Shown one piece after another: positions 9,253 through 20,354 of a DNA stretch of 36,273 bases. The DNA comes from Neovahlkampfia damariscottae (Eukaryota). Positions within the stretch are counted from its first letter, which is position 1. The number at the start of each line of letters is the position of its first letter. The position numbers and the translations under genes were made by a program. The notes beneath the pieces are model-generated. The model saw nothing but the letters and a program-made list of their open reading frames with translations, had not been told where the DNA came from and did not search any database. The DNA is taken from the NCBI GenBank assembly GCA_016618085.1, contig JABLTG010000181.1:1-36273 (forward strand), read 5' to 3'.

Positions 9253-9999
9253 TTAAAAGTTTTTCTCTTTGTTTTGGTTTTCTTTGTTAATTTTTCCTGC
9301 ATAATAAGCATAAATAGAAGCAGTAAATATCAATAAAATAACATAAAACTGACACCACACTTTGGGAATATAATTATTATCTTTCATGAAATAAACAATA
9401 ATTAATATTGCGAAAATCAATATATTATACACACAAACTAGTGCATTCAAAGTATCATCGTCCTCGTCTCTTTCTAAAATATTTTCTCTTTTGTTTATCC
9501 ATTCCATCATATTTTCCATTTTCTTTATTTTCCCTGTTAAATTTTCCAATTCAAAATGTCTGTGACATTTTGTTTCCAATATCAACTGTAAATTTATCCA
9601 CAAATGCCAAAATATTCCGGGTAAAACGAAAAATGACCCAATTCTAATTTGTTCATTGATAAAAAGAAACAAAGAACCATAAATAATCGAACTCCCAATT
9701 AAAATATAAAACAATTTTTTCTTAAAGACTTCAAAACTACGATCTTTTGTCATATTTCTGGGTTTTTTATAAAAAAAAATAGACTTTGATGTATATAACA
9801 AAAGATAAATACCAGAGACATATAGTCTTTTCAGTTCAAAGTTGAGTAATACAGTTCCTAAATAACATAAAACATGAAGACAATATCCCTTGATATACAT
9901 CTTTTTGTTGTCACTTGCTCCATGTACCATCAACATGACTACTTCGTACGCGAGGACCAAGGGTGGAAATAGAAAATCCGCTGCAATTTCCCAAGACAT
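9253..9999 (-). CDS. Intronless multi-pass membrane protein (about 6-7 TM) of unknown function; cargo of the hAT-like element
   Basis: Intact 248-aa ORF with repeated hydrophobic segments; CCAAT at 10026-10030. Confidence 0.7.
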   Translation of the reverse strand: MSWEIAADFLFPPLVLAYEVVMLMVHGASDNKKMYIKGYCLHVLCYLGTVLLNFELKRLYVSGIYLLLYTSKSIFFYKKPRNMTKDRSFEVFKKKLFYILIGSSIIYGSLFLFINEQIRIGSFFVLPGIFWHLWINLQLILETKCHRHFELENLTGKIKKMENMMEWINKRENILERDEDDDTLNALVCVYNILIFAILIIVYFMKDNNYIPKVWCQFYVILLIFTASIYAYYAGKINKENQNKEKNF

Positions 10000-10348
10000 G
10001 TTAACGAACTTGAAGTTGGTATTTTATTGGATAAAATAAATAAGTGGATGAACGAAAATTATTTGTTTTTTTTGTGCCACCTAATGGACAAAGGAACAAC
10101 AATAAAAGCAGAGCACAAAAAAAATGAGCAAAATAAACGAATGGAAACTTCTTTAGATTCAAAACAGGATTCTTAATGTAAATTCATATTTTCAAGTATC
10201 ATTTGTAGAAACTAAAAAAGATGTATTCACTTTAATTTACCCAATAGAAAAATTGTGTTATTTAACGTTTGAAAGTTGAATACGTTGTTTAAACAAGTTG
10301 GACCCAATCGCTGAAACAAATTACACTAATTTTTAATTCCAACTGAAG

Positions 10349-10565
10349 GACCTTTCTTATATAACGCGACTTAGTAAGAGTAACGCGACTTAGTTGGTTG
10401 AAACCACACTTAGTTGGAATAACGGGACTTAGTTGGAGTAACAGGACTTAGTTGGAATAAAGTGATGTTACCAAGAAAAATGCCACTTAGTTGGTTGAAA
10501 CGCTATACTTCAAATGGAAAACAAGAGTTTATTTGTATAACGCGACTAATTACATACGAGTCTTA
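10349..10565 (-). repeat. Right TIR with ACTTAGTTGG subrepeats
   Basis: Reverse complement of 6138-6354 with scattered substitutions. Confidence 0.92.
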
Positions 10566-10751
10566 TTGTTTTGTTCTTCATACGTCAAAGAATTTTCGAT
10601 TGAGATAAATATAATAATACTATTCAATTTATTTTACTTTTCTTTTTCTACTTATTGTTAACATACTCATATTCTTGATGTCAAATATTGGTCACATTCG
10701 AATTGAAAATAAACCAATCAAAAACCCCAACAATTTCCATTTCACCACCCA

Positions 10752-12194
10752 ATGGAAAAGACAGACCAAAAAGAAATGACTGAAGTCAAAAACAGTTCTC
10801 TCATTAGAGAAACAAAAATACGTTGTCCAGAAGAAATGAAACACATTTTTGAAAATTTAGAATTATTTTCATCACAAAATTCCATGAAAATTGAAATATT
10901 TGGAAAGAAATTAGATTCTGAATATATAATAACAAGTACAATATCAGGTTCAAAATATGATTTATTACTTCCAGATAAATTTGATCACTTTGAAGTTTAC
11001 GAAACCATAACATCTAGTTTAGAAAAATTTAAAGAGTTTAAAATTGAAACAATATCAATTATCAATATATTAGAAGATTTAACATCACAATTTAGAAGTG
11101 TTAATTTTTTTCAAACTGTATCACAAGACAGTGAAGAAAAAATAGAAGCAATGGAAAAACTATCAATGGATATTGAAAAATTAGTTCATGAACTGTCTGA
11201 AATTAAAGGAGGTCATATTGATTTTTCACATAAAAATCCAAAAACTCTTGAAGATATTGATTTAATTCAATTATATTTTGACATTTTAGAAAATTGTAAA
11301 ACTAGATTTCCAGATTTCGTTAAAGGAAAAACATTCACTGAAATTGATGTTGATTTGAAATCTTATAAAGAAATGCCAATGAATTTTTGGTTAAAAAGAG
11401 AAAAGAATTTATCAAAACTTGAAAAGAATACTGAAATATTGAATCAAATCGCAAAGAAACTTAAACTTTTAAAAATTGATACTGCAGAATTTTCAACACT
11501 TTTAAAATCATTAAACAAACAAATATTTGATCATTTATATGATTCTATTTGGAAAAATTTGAAATATCTTCCTCCAGATGTTTTTGAAAGTTCAACTGTT
11601 GAAAAACTTCAAATCAATTCTGACATGTTAAAAAAAAGATTATTGAACATTCAAATCGTTATTACTGATACAATAAAAAGTCATTCTATTATACATGTCA
11701 ATGATGAATTGAAAAAAGAAGTTAGTGAATTAAGAAAAGAAAATGAACGTTTGAAAAAGTTGATTGAAATAGTACAATTAAGAAGTTGTTTGGAAAATTC
11801 AATTTTTCAAATTAAATCTAATGCAATGGAGGACTCAAATTTTAAATTAAAATGGACTTATAAAACACCAGTTTCAAATATATTGTTAGAGTTATCAACT
11901 AGAAATGAATTAGATCATTTATGGACAAGTTCACCATCATCAGATGAATTTATTGAAAAAAAAAAGAAAACAGATTTAAGAAAATGCTTATCAGAAGTCT
12001 ATGGTCAACTTAGTGAAGTAGTTCATGATCCAAATTCATTGGAATTGGATTTGAAATATCCAATGATTATCAGATCAAGTCACGTTGGTGATTCTTCAAA
12101 GAGATTAGTGGCATTAAAGGAAATCATTGAGAAAAATAAAGCTCATATTGACAGTTCAGGAAATGTATTGCTCAAATTTGACATCAAAAAATAA
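10752..12194 (+). CDS. Intronless 480-aa helical/coiled-coil protein with a C-terminal YxxLSxxVH domain
   Basis: Long ORF; coiled coil ELKKEVSELRKENERLKKLIE; motif VYGQLSEVVH; CCAAT at 10714-10718. Confidence 0.8.
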   Translation: MEKTDQKEMTEVKNSSLIRETKIRCPEEMKHIFENLELFSSQNSMKIEIFGKKLDSEYIITSTISGSKYDLLLPDKFDHFEVYETITSSLEKFKEFKIETISIINILEDLTSQFRSVNFFQTVSQDSEEKIEAMEKLSMDIEKLVHELSEIKGGHIDFSHKNPKTLEDIDLIQLYFDILENCKTRFPDFVKGKTFTEIDVDLKSYKEMPMNFWLKREKNLSKLEKNTEILNQIAKKLKLLKIDTAEFSTLLKSLNKQIFDHLYDSIWKNLKYLPPDVFESSTVEKLQINSDMLKKRLLNIQIVITDTIKSHSIIHVNDELKKEVSELRKENERLKKLIEIVQLRSCLENSIFQIKSNAMEDSNFKLKWTYKTPVSNILLELSTRNELDHLWTSSPSSDEFIEKKKKTDLRKCLSEVYGQLSEVVHDPNSLELDLKYPMIIRSSHVGDSSKRLVALKEIIEKNKAHIDSSGNVLLKFDIKK

Positions 12195-12240
12195 ATTCCA
12201 TTTTCATTGGTTAAATTTTTTTATCCAAACAAAACCCACC

Positions 12241-13104
12241 ATGCAAAAATTCAACAGTAAATCAGTGGAATACTGGAAATACTCATTGACAGATGCACTT
12301 TATGAAATGTTTAAAGAAAATGAACAAAAAAGTTGGTCAGCCAATGAATGTATTCAGTATATCAATGAAACTGTAAAATAAAAAAATATAAAATAAAAAC
12401 TCAGTATGTAAGACATGGATATGTTGTAAATAATCATGGTCAACCATTTGAAGAAAATAGTAAAAACTCATTGGGAGTAAGAGCAATTTTTACACCTTTG
12501 AAGGCATTGTATAAACAAGTATGGAAATAATTTGTGAAAGTTTTAAATATTCAGCCAGAAAAAATGGAAACACAACCTTGGATTCCACCTAGAGTTGAAT
12601 TTGGTGATAACCCTGACCACTGGACATACAACAGCAAAGGTTTTTATTTGAAAAAAAATTAAAAAAATAATTAAGGAATTTGGTTCATATCAGGACCTTT
12701 TTTGAAATTATATCTTAAAGATGACTCAGTTTGCAATTTAGGTATTTATTTTTACTTGAATTTACTCTTTCAAAAAAAAAGATTGTAATGAAGAAATTTT
12801 TTATTCCGCTCTTCATTTATTTTCAAATAATGAACAAGCGTTTGTCATTTCAAAAAGTGGAATTCTTTATAATTTATCAATTAAAAGTAGACATGGACTC
12901 AGGATTGATAAAATAAGAGATGGATTCGAGAATATTCAATTTTTATGTTGCGATGAAAGTGTTGCTTATTTTATTGATGATATAGGAATATTATATACAT
13001 TGAATCTTCAAACAAGAAAAATCAAATCTGAAAATACATCATTGACTAATGTGAAAGATATTCATTGCTCAAATGGAAAATTGTATATATCAACATTTGA
13101 ATAA
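12241..13104 (+). CDS. Hypothetical protein, about 5 exons, beta-rich C-terminus
   Basis: Spliced reading MQKFNSKSVEYWKYSL...|YVRHGY...|PEKMETQPWIPPRV...|GIWFISGPFL...|DCNEEIFYSALH...GKLYISTFE*. CCAAT at 12206-12210. Confidence 0.65.
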
Positions 13105-13213
13105 AAAGAACTTCAATCTCAAATATTTGAGCATTTGAATGTTTATGATTTCTTCATGTGTTTGTTTCGGTATTTATTGGTTCTTTTTATCCAATCAAAA
13201 CCATCTTTTTTTT

Positions 13214-15010
13214 ATGTTGAGAAATTCTAAATTGTTGGTGAAAAAGACAAATCTCATCAAAAATAATATTAAACTGATGAACATTAAAGAAAGTTATTCC
13301 ACAAAAGAAAAATATGAAAACCCACTTGTTGGAAGATACGCAAGCAAAGAAAGTAAAACAAAAAAATGTTAAAACAAAAAGTGTCTTATATTTGGAGTCC
13401 ACAAAAGAAATTCTCAACTTGGAGAAAATTGTGGTTAGCTTTAGCAAAATCTGAAAAAGAACTTGGTTTGAAAATTACAGATGAACAAATCAAGCAAATG
13501 GAAGAAAACTTAGAAAATATTGATTTTGAAGTTGTTTCAAAAAAAGAAAAAGAATTAAGACATGATGTGATGTCACATATATTTGCTTTTGGTGAAGTTG
13601 CTCCAAAGGCAAAACCAATAATCCATTTAGGAGCTACTTCTTGGTAAATCAAAAAATTAATTCTTAGTTTTTAGTTTTGTTGGTGATAATACAGACATAA
13701 TACAAATGAAAGAAAGTTTGATTTTAGTCAAAAAAGACCTTTTAAACTTTATGAATTTATTACGTAATTTTGCTATGGAAAATAGAGACATTCCAACATT
13801 AGGTTTTACTCAGTTTGTTATATTCTATTTTAATAATATAAAAGTTATCAACCTGCTCAATTAACTACTGTTGGTAAAAGAGCCACTCTCTGGTTACAAG
13901 ATTTTTTATATGATTATCAACAAGTTGAAAGAATGATTGATGAAATCCCAATGAGAGGAGTAAAAGGTACAACAGGAACTCAAGTATTCATTTATTTATT
14001 CTAAATTTACTTTTAGGCTTCATTTTTAGAATTATTTGATGGAGATGGAAAAAAATGTCGAGAACTTGATACAAAAGTAATTTGCAAAACTAATTTTTAA
14101 TAAAATCAAAAGGTTTGTGAGATGATGGGATTTGATAAAAAAGTTTCAGTTTCAGGTCAGACCTATACTAGAAAAATAGACTTTTTCGTTTTGTCAGTTT
14201 TGAATGGAATTGCTGCGTCAGCCAATAAGAGTAAATTGAAAAACTAAATTGATTTTTAAGTGGCTGTTGATATCAGATTATTACAAAATTTAAAAGAAAT
14301 TGAAGAACCATTTGAATCAAAACAAGTTGGTTCTTCAGCAATGGCGTATAAAAGAAATCCAATGAGATGTGAAAGAATTTGTTCATTAAGTAGATTTGTC
14401 ATGTCATTAATTGAAAATGCATCAAATACCCATGCTAATCAAGTAAGAAATTTCAAAAAAAAAAAAAAAACTAAATTATTTTCTTTAGTGGTTTGAAAGA
14501 ACTTTAGATGATTCGGCCAATAGAAGATTAAGTATTCCAGAATCATTTTTAGGAACTGATGTAATATTGAATACATTGTCAAATGTTGTTGATGGATTAA
14601 AAGTTTGGCCTCTAGTTATCAGAAAACATGTTGATGCTGAACTACCATTTATGGCAACTGAAAATATTTTAATGGCTGCTGTAAAAGAAGGTGGTGATAG
14701 ACAATTACTTCATGAAGTTATTCGTGAATTATCCATGGAAGCAGTTTGAACTCTTTGATCTATTAATAGTTTTACCAAAAAGGGAATACAAGTTAAACAA
14801 TATGGAAAAGATAATGATTTGATTGAAAGAATCAAAAATTGTAAAGATTTTGAATTCATCAAAGATAAAATTGATTCAATGATGGAACCATCAAATTTCA
14901 TTGGTAGATCAATTCAACAAGTTGAGGAATTCATATCTGAAGATATTGATCCAATTCTTAAAAAAAACAAAGACATAATTTCAAAACAATCACAAGAATT
15001 AAATGTTTAA
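13214..15010 (+). CDS. ADSL: Adenylosuccinate lyase, 9 exons
   Basis: [58 protein letters not shown] and signature [10 protein letters not shown]. Introns 13353-13381, 13644-13674, 13813-13844, 13984-14016, 14077-14112, 14231-14260, 14443-14488 and 14744-14782. Confidence 0.97.
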
Positions 15011-15017
15011 GAAGAAT

Positions 15018-16088
15018 TTATTTTTTCACATCTTTACTTTGCATATGCATTTTGACACTATAAATTCCAAAAAATACAACAATTGTTACAATTGGACTGA
15101 CAACAAGTCCAATAGCAGAACCAAATATTAACCAAAAGAATGATAAAAATGTCGCAGAATAACCTGAAACATCACCAGCTTGTACTGTATAAATAGGTGT
15201 AACATCAGCACTAACTGTATGAGACCATCCTGTTTTACACTGCTCATCTGGATCATGTGGTCCCTTATCATCACCTGAATAACATCTTTTTTCTGATTCA
15301 CACCATCCACAACTTGTTTTTCCCAAACATTCTTTTTTCATTTCTGTTGGTACTGTAGCAATCATGTAAGAACATCTTGGACAAAAACGACATGCATCTG
15401 TTCTTCTGTCTGTTCCAATTTCAAAACATTCTTTTGTTTGTTGACACCACCCGCATGTTACTGATGTTACAGCAGCACATGTCGATTGTGAAGTTTTTGT
15501 GGCACATGGATTGGCTTGAACATCTCCAATGATAAAGGAGTATAATAAAATATTGTTTTCAGAAAATTGAATACCTGTAAAACCAACAGAGATATCTGCA
15601 TATATTTTTCCACTTCCTGTTCCTTTAAAAAGATACAAATTCTTGAAAATATTTTTAAATTTTTTTTTTTTTTTTTTACTTTGACTGAAAAACAACCATT
15701 TACACCAGATATTTTGAAACCTAAATCTGAAAAACAAACTCTTGGTGACTTAATTGAAATAGTTTTTGAATAAGTTTTTCCGTTGTAAGCTTTTATAAAA
15801 GAATGAGAAATTTTGGTTTGTTTACAAATATAAAAAGTGAATGAGTTTGAACAATCTGGAAATTTTACACCTGCAACAAGTTTCTTCACTCCAAAAAATG
15901 AAATACTACTTTTTGGCTTGAAAGAATTAATTTTTTCTTTTTTTTTTATTATTTACATTCAAAGTAATTTTTGCTTCTGCTGGAGACACAGATGAAGAAG
16001 TTGAAACTGAGAAAGGTAACGCTTTAGTTTCAGCCAAACTGACATTTATTATCGCTAATAATAATAACAAGCAGAAGAGGAATTTCAT
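15018..16088 (-). CDS. Type I membrane protein with two PSI-like Cys-rich repeats (paralog A)
   Basis: Signal peptide MKFLFCLLLLLAII; CGWCQQTKECF and CGWCESEKRCY; C-terminal TM; three short introns. Confidence 0.85.
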
Positions 16089-16174
16089 TGGTGGAAAAAT
16101 GGAACAGAAAAATGTTTGACTTATTGGAGAAGATTCTAAATTGATTGAAAATTTTTCTGTTGAATCATTGACCA

Positions 16175-17281
16175 ATGAAAATAGTTCTTTGTTTATTGTT
16201 GATTACTTTGACCTCGCTATGTTCAGCTGAACAGAAGGCAAGTATTCCGTTTGATATCACAACATCATCTTCACTTGTTCCACTTGAAGCTCAAGTTGTC
16301 TTGAAAGTGAAAAAAAAAAAAATTAATTATTTAGCCAAAAGATATTGTGAAAGATTTAGGAGTCAAAACTATTAAAGCTGGTGTGAAATTTCCAGACTGT
16401 TCAAACAAATTTGTATTTTATCTTGGTAAGTCATTTTCAAAAATTTATATATTTTTCAGACTTAACAGCTTGGAGTGGAAGTATTGCCAAAGTACATACT
16501 CACTCAATTTCAATAAAAACACCAAGAGTTTGTCTTTCAGACCTTCCAGGAGTTTCATTACCAGGAATCAGTGCTTGTTTCGTTGTTAGAGTATTTTTTG
16601 TAAATTCAAAACTAATTTTTTCAAAAGGATTTATATCTTTATAAAGGATCAGCAAGTGGAAAGATATATGCTGATTTATCAGTTGGATTTGTTGGAATTC
16701 AATTTGGAGATGAAAATATATTGTTACATACTTTCCTTATGGGTGACATGTCCAATAATTTATGCGCAAAAGAAAAAACACAATCAAGCTGTGCTGCTGT
16801 AACAAAACAAAAATGTGGATGGTGTCAAGAAACTAATGAATGTTTTGAAGTTGGATCAGATGGAAGATCAGATGCGTGTCAATTCTGTCCAAGATGTACA
16901 TTTGTTATAGCAACTGCTGCTGATGAAATGAAAACAGAATGTGAATCAAAACCTACTTGTGGATGGTGTTCTTCAAATAAAAAATGTTTAGCTGGTGATG
17001 ATATTGGTCCACATGATCCTGATGAAAAATGTGATTCAACAAAATGGGAATTTAATGTTACAACCCAAGTTTATCCAAATCCTGAATATGCTGCACCTGG
17101 TTCAGTTTCAAGTGGTACTGCTGCATTTTTATCATTCTTTTTATTGGGACTCGGTTTATTTTTTGGATTTGTTGTTGGTCCAATTGCGACAATACTCACA
17201 GGATTTAGCATTTATAAATATTCTAACCCAACAGTACCTCATGACACCAAAGTAGTTCCTGCTGTAAAAGTCACAAAATAA
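16175..17281 (+). CDS. Type I membrane protein with two PSI-like Cys-rich repeats (paralog B)
   Basis: Signal peptide MKIVLCLLLITL; shares AGVKFPDCSN, SIKTPRVC.SDL, GKIYAD.SVGF.GIQF, DAC.FCPRC and GPHDPDE.C with paralog A. Confidence 0.85.
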
Positions 17282-17283
17282 AT

Positions 17284-19343
17284 TTATTCAAAATTGATTG
17301 GTGCATTATTTCTCATTTTTCTGGTGAAGTACCATCTCATTACAAAAAACATTACAAAAAATTGGATTATAGTGATAAATACATATGTTGTGATATGACC
17401 TCCAAAAATAGATTTTTTTTCTTTCTTTTCCCAAATTTGTTTTGATGATCCTTTTCCTTTCAATTTTGGACTCAAAAACTTCATTTTATTGACCCATTTC
17501 ACATGTTCAGTTTCCCAATTTTTTCTTGATGTCAAAACTGTTTGTTTCTTTTCGTTCTCTGTTTCATAAAATTGATCATGTTCATTTTGTTTCCACAAAT
17601 AAGTTGCAGCTGCAACATTGTGAAATGGAAGATTATAACCCCTTGAAAAACCATCACACATTGATACAAAGTTCAATGTTGATGTGTCAACATGTACAAT
17701 ATATTCATCACTCCAAACATAGAATTTCAAACCTAATCTCCAGACCGAATGCAATTGTTGAACTTTATCTCTAAAGCATCCATTAAATCTCTCTGAAAAT
17801 CTAAAAGAAATAAACTCAAATTATATTTACAATGGAAATGTTTTTGGATAAATTCCATATGGTTCAGAATACGCGTAGAATTGAGTGACTGAATAAAAAG
17901 TATTTCTTGCACTAGGTGCAAAGAATGTCTTATAATGAGTCATTACATGAGATGGTGTTTTCAAAGGAGATATCTCTTAGAAATATAAATAAATATTTGA
18001 ATTACTTCCGTCATCATATAATCGAATTAAATCAGTTTTGTTTCTGGGAATATTAAAATCTTTGCTATGAGATTGAAAAGGTGGAAGAACAATCATAGTT
18101 TTATAATAAGGATCAACATTTCTATAGTATTTTCTTAAAAGTATTAGCATTGAACTGTTTGAAATTACTCAATTTGACCATTTGTTGTTCTTTTGTATAA
18201 GTTTGGAGAAACAACAAAATCAGCATCCAAATATAAAATAAATTCTGTTTTCGAATATTTCCTTGCAATATTTCTCAATAAATTAACTGGATAATTCAAC
18301 ATCTTATGATACACTAATGGACTATCATAATCTTTTGGTAATCGATAAATTAAATGAATTGCACATTGGTTTCTAACATTTTCATTATTTTCCCATAATT
18401 CATCAACTTTGTCAACTTCGTTTGGTTCTTGAATATAAATTGAAATTGAAAAAGGACCACCATATTGTTTCATATGAATAGGAATCAATAACAATCTTTC
18501 AATTGACAATTGTAAACATATAGTAGCATCATTATGAGGCTAACATGTTAATTTTACAAATAATGGTTTCTTACAAATTTCTTCAATGGTACTTTATAAT
18601 TTGGTTGAATTTTCCTTTGTGGAAATGGTTTTATAATTTTCAGATTATCACATTTATTTTTCTTGACATCCGGATTTATATCAAAATGTGCATTAGTAAT
18701 GAAAATATGCCTTCTCTTTTTCCAAAATTTCTCAAAAAATCCAGGTTTTTCATCTACCTTTTCGGTTTCTAAACCAAATGAAATATCAATTACTTCAATA
18801 TCTTTATTCATTGAAGGTATTAATGCACAATCAGTTCTGAGTTCATTATGGTCTTTAGAATCACCAAATAAATAAATTGGAAAATAACTTCCATCAGAGT
18901 ATCTTATTTTTCCAAACATCCAAAAAGAACCTTCAAAAAAGTTAAAACATGTTTTTTTAAACAAACCCTGAATATTTTCAGCTAAATGTGAAAATGACAT
19001 TAAAAAATTTCCGCGATATCTTTTTATTTCTGGAGTTGGTATGATCCATTGAAGAGCACCAGGTGAATAACTTCCACTTGCAGTTTTAGAAAAATCGTGA
19101 TATATTCCTGTTTTTCCTTTGAGTTTTTGATACTTATAATGATCCCAGTCGCCTAATGGAGGATCATTTGCTCTCCAAATTTCTATTTTTTTTTTTAGTT
19201 TTTATTTTTTTCAAACTTCCTTTGGAGCTTAATGGAAAATTAGGTGATTTTATCAAGTTTTTTGTTACAGTTTGTGCCGATATATACTTAAATTTGTAAA
19301 ATAAAATTATGACAAAAAGAATTGTAACAAAATCATTCTTCAT
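17284..19343 (-). CDS. GT49 (LARGE/B4GAT1-like) glycosyltransferase, multi-exon
   Basis: LQLSIERL...GGPFSISIY, YPVNLLRNIAR, DxD motif ILYLDADF, FEPYG; N-terminal hydrophobic leader and C-terminal TM. Confidence 0.85.
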
Positions 19344-19410
19344 CTTGAGAAGAAAATGATTGGCAGAACACTTGATTGGATAAATTTTTTATTCATTTTT
19401 CAATCTTATT

Positions 19411-20312
19411 TTAATCCATATATTTGATAACTTTTTGAATTAAATCTTTTCTTGCCACCCAAGCTAAATGAAAAACATCAGGTTCATGATGGATAAACAA
19501 TCTGTTGGTTTTTTGAAGTGTTTTCAATCCAAAAGTATCATTTGTATATATGAGTTGCTTTTCTAATGGAACCATTTTCATATTTTCATCAAACATTCCA
19601 TAAAATTGACTTTCCCATGGATCAACAATATCATCACCATTAGATCCAAAAATGACGTATTTTTTGAGTTTTAAGAAATTTCTTTTAAATAATTCACTCT
19701 TTGGGTGCTTTATTTCATTATTAATGACTGGAAGAATGAGATTTTTTGTTAAATATTCTTGTTTTCTTTTTGGATCATTCCAGCACCATGAAATTCCAAT
19801 CACTCTTTGAAATACAGGGTTAAACATCAGTTTATGACCATTTTCTCTCAGAGAATCACGAAATCTATCCCGAAGTCCGAACCAACGAGGAAGTCCGTAT
19901 TCACCAAAAGCAGGAGTCGCAATTGTGATGAAATTTGCAACTTCTAGATCAGTACTCATTATCAAAGCTCTTCCAACAATTCCTATTCATTTGTTTAGTG
20001 ATCATTTTTCTTACCTCCTTGAGAGAAACCAACAAAAGTAAACTCTGAAAAATTATGTTCTTTTTGTAGTTTTTTGATATCTTTATAGATCATTTCAACT
20101 TGTTTGAAAACAGGAATCAAAGCTGATTCAATTCTATCAAAAGTATTAAGCGCGAAAACTTTTGTTGTAGGATCTCTTTTTTTTATTTCCATCTCGTAAA
20201 ACACAAAACTTTGATAAGAATCTAAAACTCCATGTAAGTATATCACAGGTTTATGTTGAGCAAAAGAAAAACCAAATAATGTCAAGAAGAGTGTCAATAT
20301 CACCAACTTCAT
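19411..20312 (-). CDS. Palmitoyl-protein thioesterase family (secreted/lysosomal), 2 exons
   Basis: Signal peptide, PVIYLHGV, nucleophile GFSQGG, DDIVDPWES, VFHLAW. Confidence 0.9.
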
Positions 20313-20354
20313 ATCAATTTACCCGAACTAAAATGATTGGTCAATATTTTGAAG

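Larger units (their letters stand above)
8568..10313. mobile_element. Nested non-autonomous hAT-like element with cargo
   Basis: Exact 8-bp TSD aaacaaat at 8560-8567 and 10314-10321. Imperfect TIRs starting CAG: cagtgtttgggttcaaccaaaatgtttaaacaac versus the reverse complement cagcgattgggtccaacttgtttaaacaac. Subterminal tgtttaaa repeats. Confidence 0.85.
6138..10565. mobile_element. Non-autonomous DNA transposon / composite cargo element with 217-bp TIRs
   Basis: 6138-6354 (taagactcctacgtaattagtcgcgttatac...aagaaaagtc) is the near-perfect reverse complement of 10349-10565. Flanks fit a TA TSD (6138-6139 / 10564-10565) or an ATT TSD (6136-6138 / 10565-10567). No transposase ORF was recognised inside. 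Confidence 0.9.

Noticed and set aside
6355..10348. Transposase, Fanzor/TnpB or integrase inside the element
   Set aside because: No DDE, RuvC, HUH or tyrosine-recombinase motifs were recognisable in any ORF.
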